Positions 12,357 through 64,000 of a stretch of 64,000 bases of DNA are shown in pieces. The notes below the pieces were generated by a model. The model was not told where the DNA came from. It saw only the letters and a program-made list of their open reading frames with translations, and did not search any database. Location: NCBI GenBank assembly GCA_963693365.1, contig CAVNZM010000006.1, positions 8,745,355-8,809,354 on the forward strand, given 5' to 3'. Source of the DNA: Amoebidium appalachense (Eukaryota; Protista; Ichthyosporea). A program made the translations under genes and the position numbers. Positions within the stretch are counted from its first letter, which is position 1, and each line of letters begins with the position of its first letter.

Positions 12357-13957
12357 ATGCGCACTAGGACAGTTTCTTGTGCCCTAATTGTTTTGCTGGG
12401 GCTGACATCCACGCACGCGTTCGACTTCGGCAAGACTTTTACCGAGCTGGGTCACAAAATTGATGATGCAGTTCAACATGTTAAAGACACGGCAGGGTCT
12501 GAAGCTGAAAAGGCTGCTGCTGCTCTGAAGGAGGCTACCACTGTTGTTGCTACAGGTATGCCTACAGTAATGGGGTCGCGCGCCGCACTGGCCATCTTTA
12601 GCACAGAATAGTGAATGCACAGGAATTGAACATGAGCACAGCGTTTTAGGCAGCAAAACAGGAGAAACGTGACGAGGAAAGTTTACGCTAGATAAAAATA
12701 CGTTTGTCTTGAGAAGTACGTCTGAGTTGTTGAATTTGCATCTTCTAGGATGCGGAAGATTTGAAGCCGTTGATGTTTTTTTTTTTTATAGCTTCGGATA
12801 AGAAAGGGGTTCGCTGGAACGGGAATATTTGCGTTCTTGAGCACAGTGCCCGAATGTATACCGGGCGTTAGCAACACACTTGTGCCCCTGCTTACATTTT
12901 TTTTTCTCCTTCAGGGTCCAAGGAGGTTGCAGCCGCTATTGGCGGTGTCACCGAATCTACCGTTTCTGGCCTCAAAACACAGGTCGAAGAATGGGCCTCC
13001 AAGGTGAAGGAAGCGGTCACGCACGAGCAATCCACCCAGGAACTCAAGGATGCACTTGTTGAACTGAACAAATCTGTTCAGGAAATGCAAGAGACCCTAA
13101 AGGGCGCCAAGTCGAAGGATTGCTCTCCGTTTTGTCCCCATATTTTCTGGCAGGTGTGCGGCTCGGACGGCAACACATACAACAACGAGTGTTTGATGCA
13201 TGCCGCGGGTTGTGAAGCGGGTGTCACGCTGACAGTAGCACACGAGGGGGCGTGCGAAATCGTAAAGCCCGTTTCCACACCAGCAACCCCTTTTCCCAAG
13301 GAAAAGTGCGACATTATTTGCACTATGGACTGGGTGCCAGTGTGTGGCAGCGACAGCAAGACCTACTCGAACAAGTGTGCCTTGGCTGCCGCCACATGTC
13401 TGGACAAGAGCATCGTTTTCGCGCACCACGGCGAGTGTCTGGAGGGTGATGCCGGTGCCGCTTCCGCACCAAAGACGGACTGCCCGGCTTTCTGCACCCG
13501 CGATTATTGGCCCGTGTGTGGTTCAAACGGCAAAACGTATTCCAACAAGTGTGTCCTAAAGCAGGCCGCGTGTGAGGGAAATGTTGAGATAGCGATTGCC
13601 TTTGAGGGCAACTGCGAGGATGCCCCTGTGTCTTCTGCGGCTGCTCAACCTGCCCCTGTTTCCCCGGTTGCCCAACCTGACAACGTGGCAACGGTGCCCG
13701 AGCAGCACCCTCGCATCGACCAGACATACATTATTAGCATGCTGGTGTCGGTGCTGGTGGTGCTAGTCCTTGCTATGACAGTGGGCGCAATGTATTTCTG
13801 GCGCCGTCATAGGCAGAGCCTTGCCCCCCCTGCATACACCTCTTTTGCTAGTCATGATACGCTTGATGCAGATGAGGAGGAGCCTGTTCCATACGAGGAG
13901 AAGGTGGCCAAGAGCAACGACGAATACCAGCCACTGGCTTTGAATGATAACGTGTAG
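12357..13957 (+). CDS. Type I membrane protein with three Kazal-type serine protease inhibitor domains (exons 12357-12555, 12915-13957)
   Basis: Signal peptide MRTRTVSCALIVLLGLTSTHA. The phase-1 GT-AG intron 12556-12914 joins in frame to ORF 13004..13957. There are three C-x3-C-x7-CGS(D/N)xxTYxNxC-x6-C...GxC repeats, a TM helix IISMLVSVLVVLVLAMTVGAMYFW followed by RRHR, and an acidic cytoplasmic tail. Confidence 0.92.
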
Positions 13958-14526
13958 GAAATTGTGTGGATTTTTTTTTTTTAGCACGTTGTCTCCCATG
14001 TAGATCCTTGGAGGGCTTGTCTTAGAGCTGTATGCTCGGCAGTGAATGAAAGTGAATGTTTTAGGAGTTTGACTATGATTGGCAAGTGTTGCTGCGCAAA
14101 CTTGTGTGACCTTTGACGCTGTGTATGATATCGCTTATGTGGGAGTGGCTGGCCACCCGTTCAATATATGGATAAAATATTATTTATTGAGCCTTTCGAT
14201 TGCAAATACTCGACTCCATAACAGGTCACCGTGTTGGTGAACTTAATACTAACACATCCACCCTAGTAAGTCGAGACACCGTTGCATGCACACGTTCGCA
14301 CGCACACGCCCACATAACACGCTTGCACACAGACACCGAGTCACCGTACACGTAAGTACGCATACGTACTGATCCTTCTTTTTTTAATGAAGTTGACTGA
14401 GCCTGCAAGCCTGTGGGCCAGAGGCGGCGTTCTTTTCGCTCACAAACAACACAAAACAAGCACACGCGCGAGCACAACTTAGTATGATGCAAAGTCCGCT
14501 GTGCACGGGCACTCTCACCCACATTT

Positions 14527-14636
14527 GCACACACACACATGCACACACACACACACACACACACACACCCACCCACCCACCCACCCACCCACCCACACAC
14601 ACACGGAAGCACACAAGTACACATGCACACACGCAC

Positions 14637-14668
<32 letters not shown>

Positions 14669-14820
14669 GTACGCACGCACACACGCACGCACGCACGCAC
14701 GAACGCACGCACACACGCACACACACACTTGGACTCACGCGCACATGCACACACACACATACACACACACACACACACAAACACACACGCAGACACGTGG
14801 ACTTACGCGCACATGCACAC
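14527..14820. repeat. Compound (CA)n/(CACC)n/(CACG)n microsatellite in intergenic DNA
   Basis: Visible directly; it produces the spurious HT/CV ORFs. Confidence 0.9.
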
Positions 14821-15321
14821 GTTCAACGATAAGCACACGACCACGCCGAGTGACACAACCACACACAAAAGCACAATTGCAGGTACCATTGGCGCGTGCA
14901 CATCAGCACTAGCAAGCACACATACGATTACACGCCGATGCTCACTGCAAATGCACCCACCCTCGACGCACGCAGACACACAAGCATGTCCACAAGCACT
15001 TTTTCATACACCACAGACACTACACTACAAATTGCAATACCGGAACCAGGCCTCTCGCTCTCTCTACCTTTAACCACACTCGGAATAGTATACACGTATC
15101 ACATCCAAAAATATAGCTGAAAGGAAGTCAAATACACTTGAATACGCAAACACGTACATGCACACACAGACAAACACACACGAACACACCCATCGCATTC
15201 GCACTCGACACACAAGCACTTCAAGTCACTGATGTACAAGGACACACGCACACACAAACTTCTTACACTGGTAGTTGGAGCTATGCGAGCGAAGTCCTGT
15301 ACTTAACTGCTGTAGAAAAGG

Positions 15322-15328
15322 TATAAAA
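15322..15328 (+). promoter_or_regulatory. Possible TATA box of the LYST-like gene
   Basis: TATAAAA about 310 bp upstream of candidate ATG 15635, with a possible 5'UTR intron between them. Motif match only. Confidence 0.25.
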
Positions 15329-15634
15329 GTGGTTCAAAGCGCTTTTGATAAGCTCTAGAGATTCGGCCACATCTTACGATCCTGAGAACGGTTCCAAATC
15401 ACGCTCCGAGTTCAAGGAACTTTTTGAACTTCAACCTTATATTGAAAGGATTACACGACTTCATCTTGGAACGGCGGGATCGTGACATACAAAAAGAGCG
15501 AGAGCAAACAAAAGGTGATATGGGTTTGTTTTGCCTTATACTCCCTTTTCCTTTTTTTGGCCATATTACCCAAGTTTTTGACTCAGCTTTGTAGGCTAGT
15601 GCCACATGCCTGTGTACGTGTGGGCCTCCCGCGC

Positions 15635-63871
<48,237 letters not shown>

Positions 63872-64000
63872 GTGGGTGACCCCTGGTGCTTTGCTCCCCC
63901 AACTATGTTTTCCTTATAGGAGCCTCCCTGTTACCTGCCCGTGGCAGAGTGTAGGGAAAGGGAAAGAAGGATTCAAAATGGGCAGGGAAGAGGGGGAGGG

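Overview
Intron-rich eukaryotic genomic DNA using the standard genetic code. The taxon cannot be determined from the sequence; gene content and intron style would fit a unicellular opisthokont, but that is only inference. Four protein-coding genes can be supported by manual splicing. (1) The 5' part of a minus-strand secreted protein (<1..929). (2) A plus-strand nuclear protein with an ET (extraterminal, BET/AHD-type) domain; its 3' exons span 6741..10538 and its 5' end is unresolved. (3) A two-exon type I membrane protein with three Kazal domains (12357..13957). (4) A very large LYST/CHS1/beige-type BEACH protein (about 15635 to beyond 64000). For LYST I traced 70 phase-consistent exons (about 12.0 kb, about 4,010 codons) covering the ConA-like, PH and BEACH domains; the WD40 part lies beyond the window. 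Most ORFs in the supplied track are artefacts of intronic poly-C/poly-G, (CA)n/(GT)n and tetranucleotide repeats. The most unusual signals are in the introns: C-runs directly after degenerate 5' splice sites, including a GCATTC donor; a 16-unit tandem amplification of a splice acceptor in which only in-frame units keep a branch-point motif; a short dispersed element bounded by C-runs; a TTAA-flanked MITE; and local duplications with breakpoints in homopolymers. Homopolymer lengths may be distorted by sequencing or assembly.
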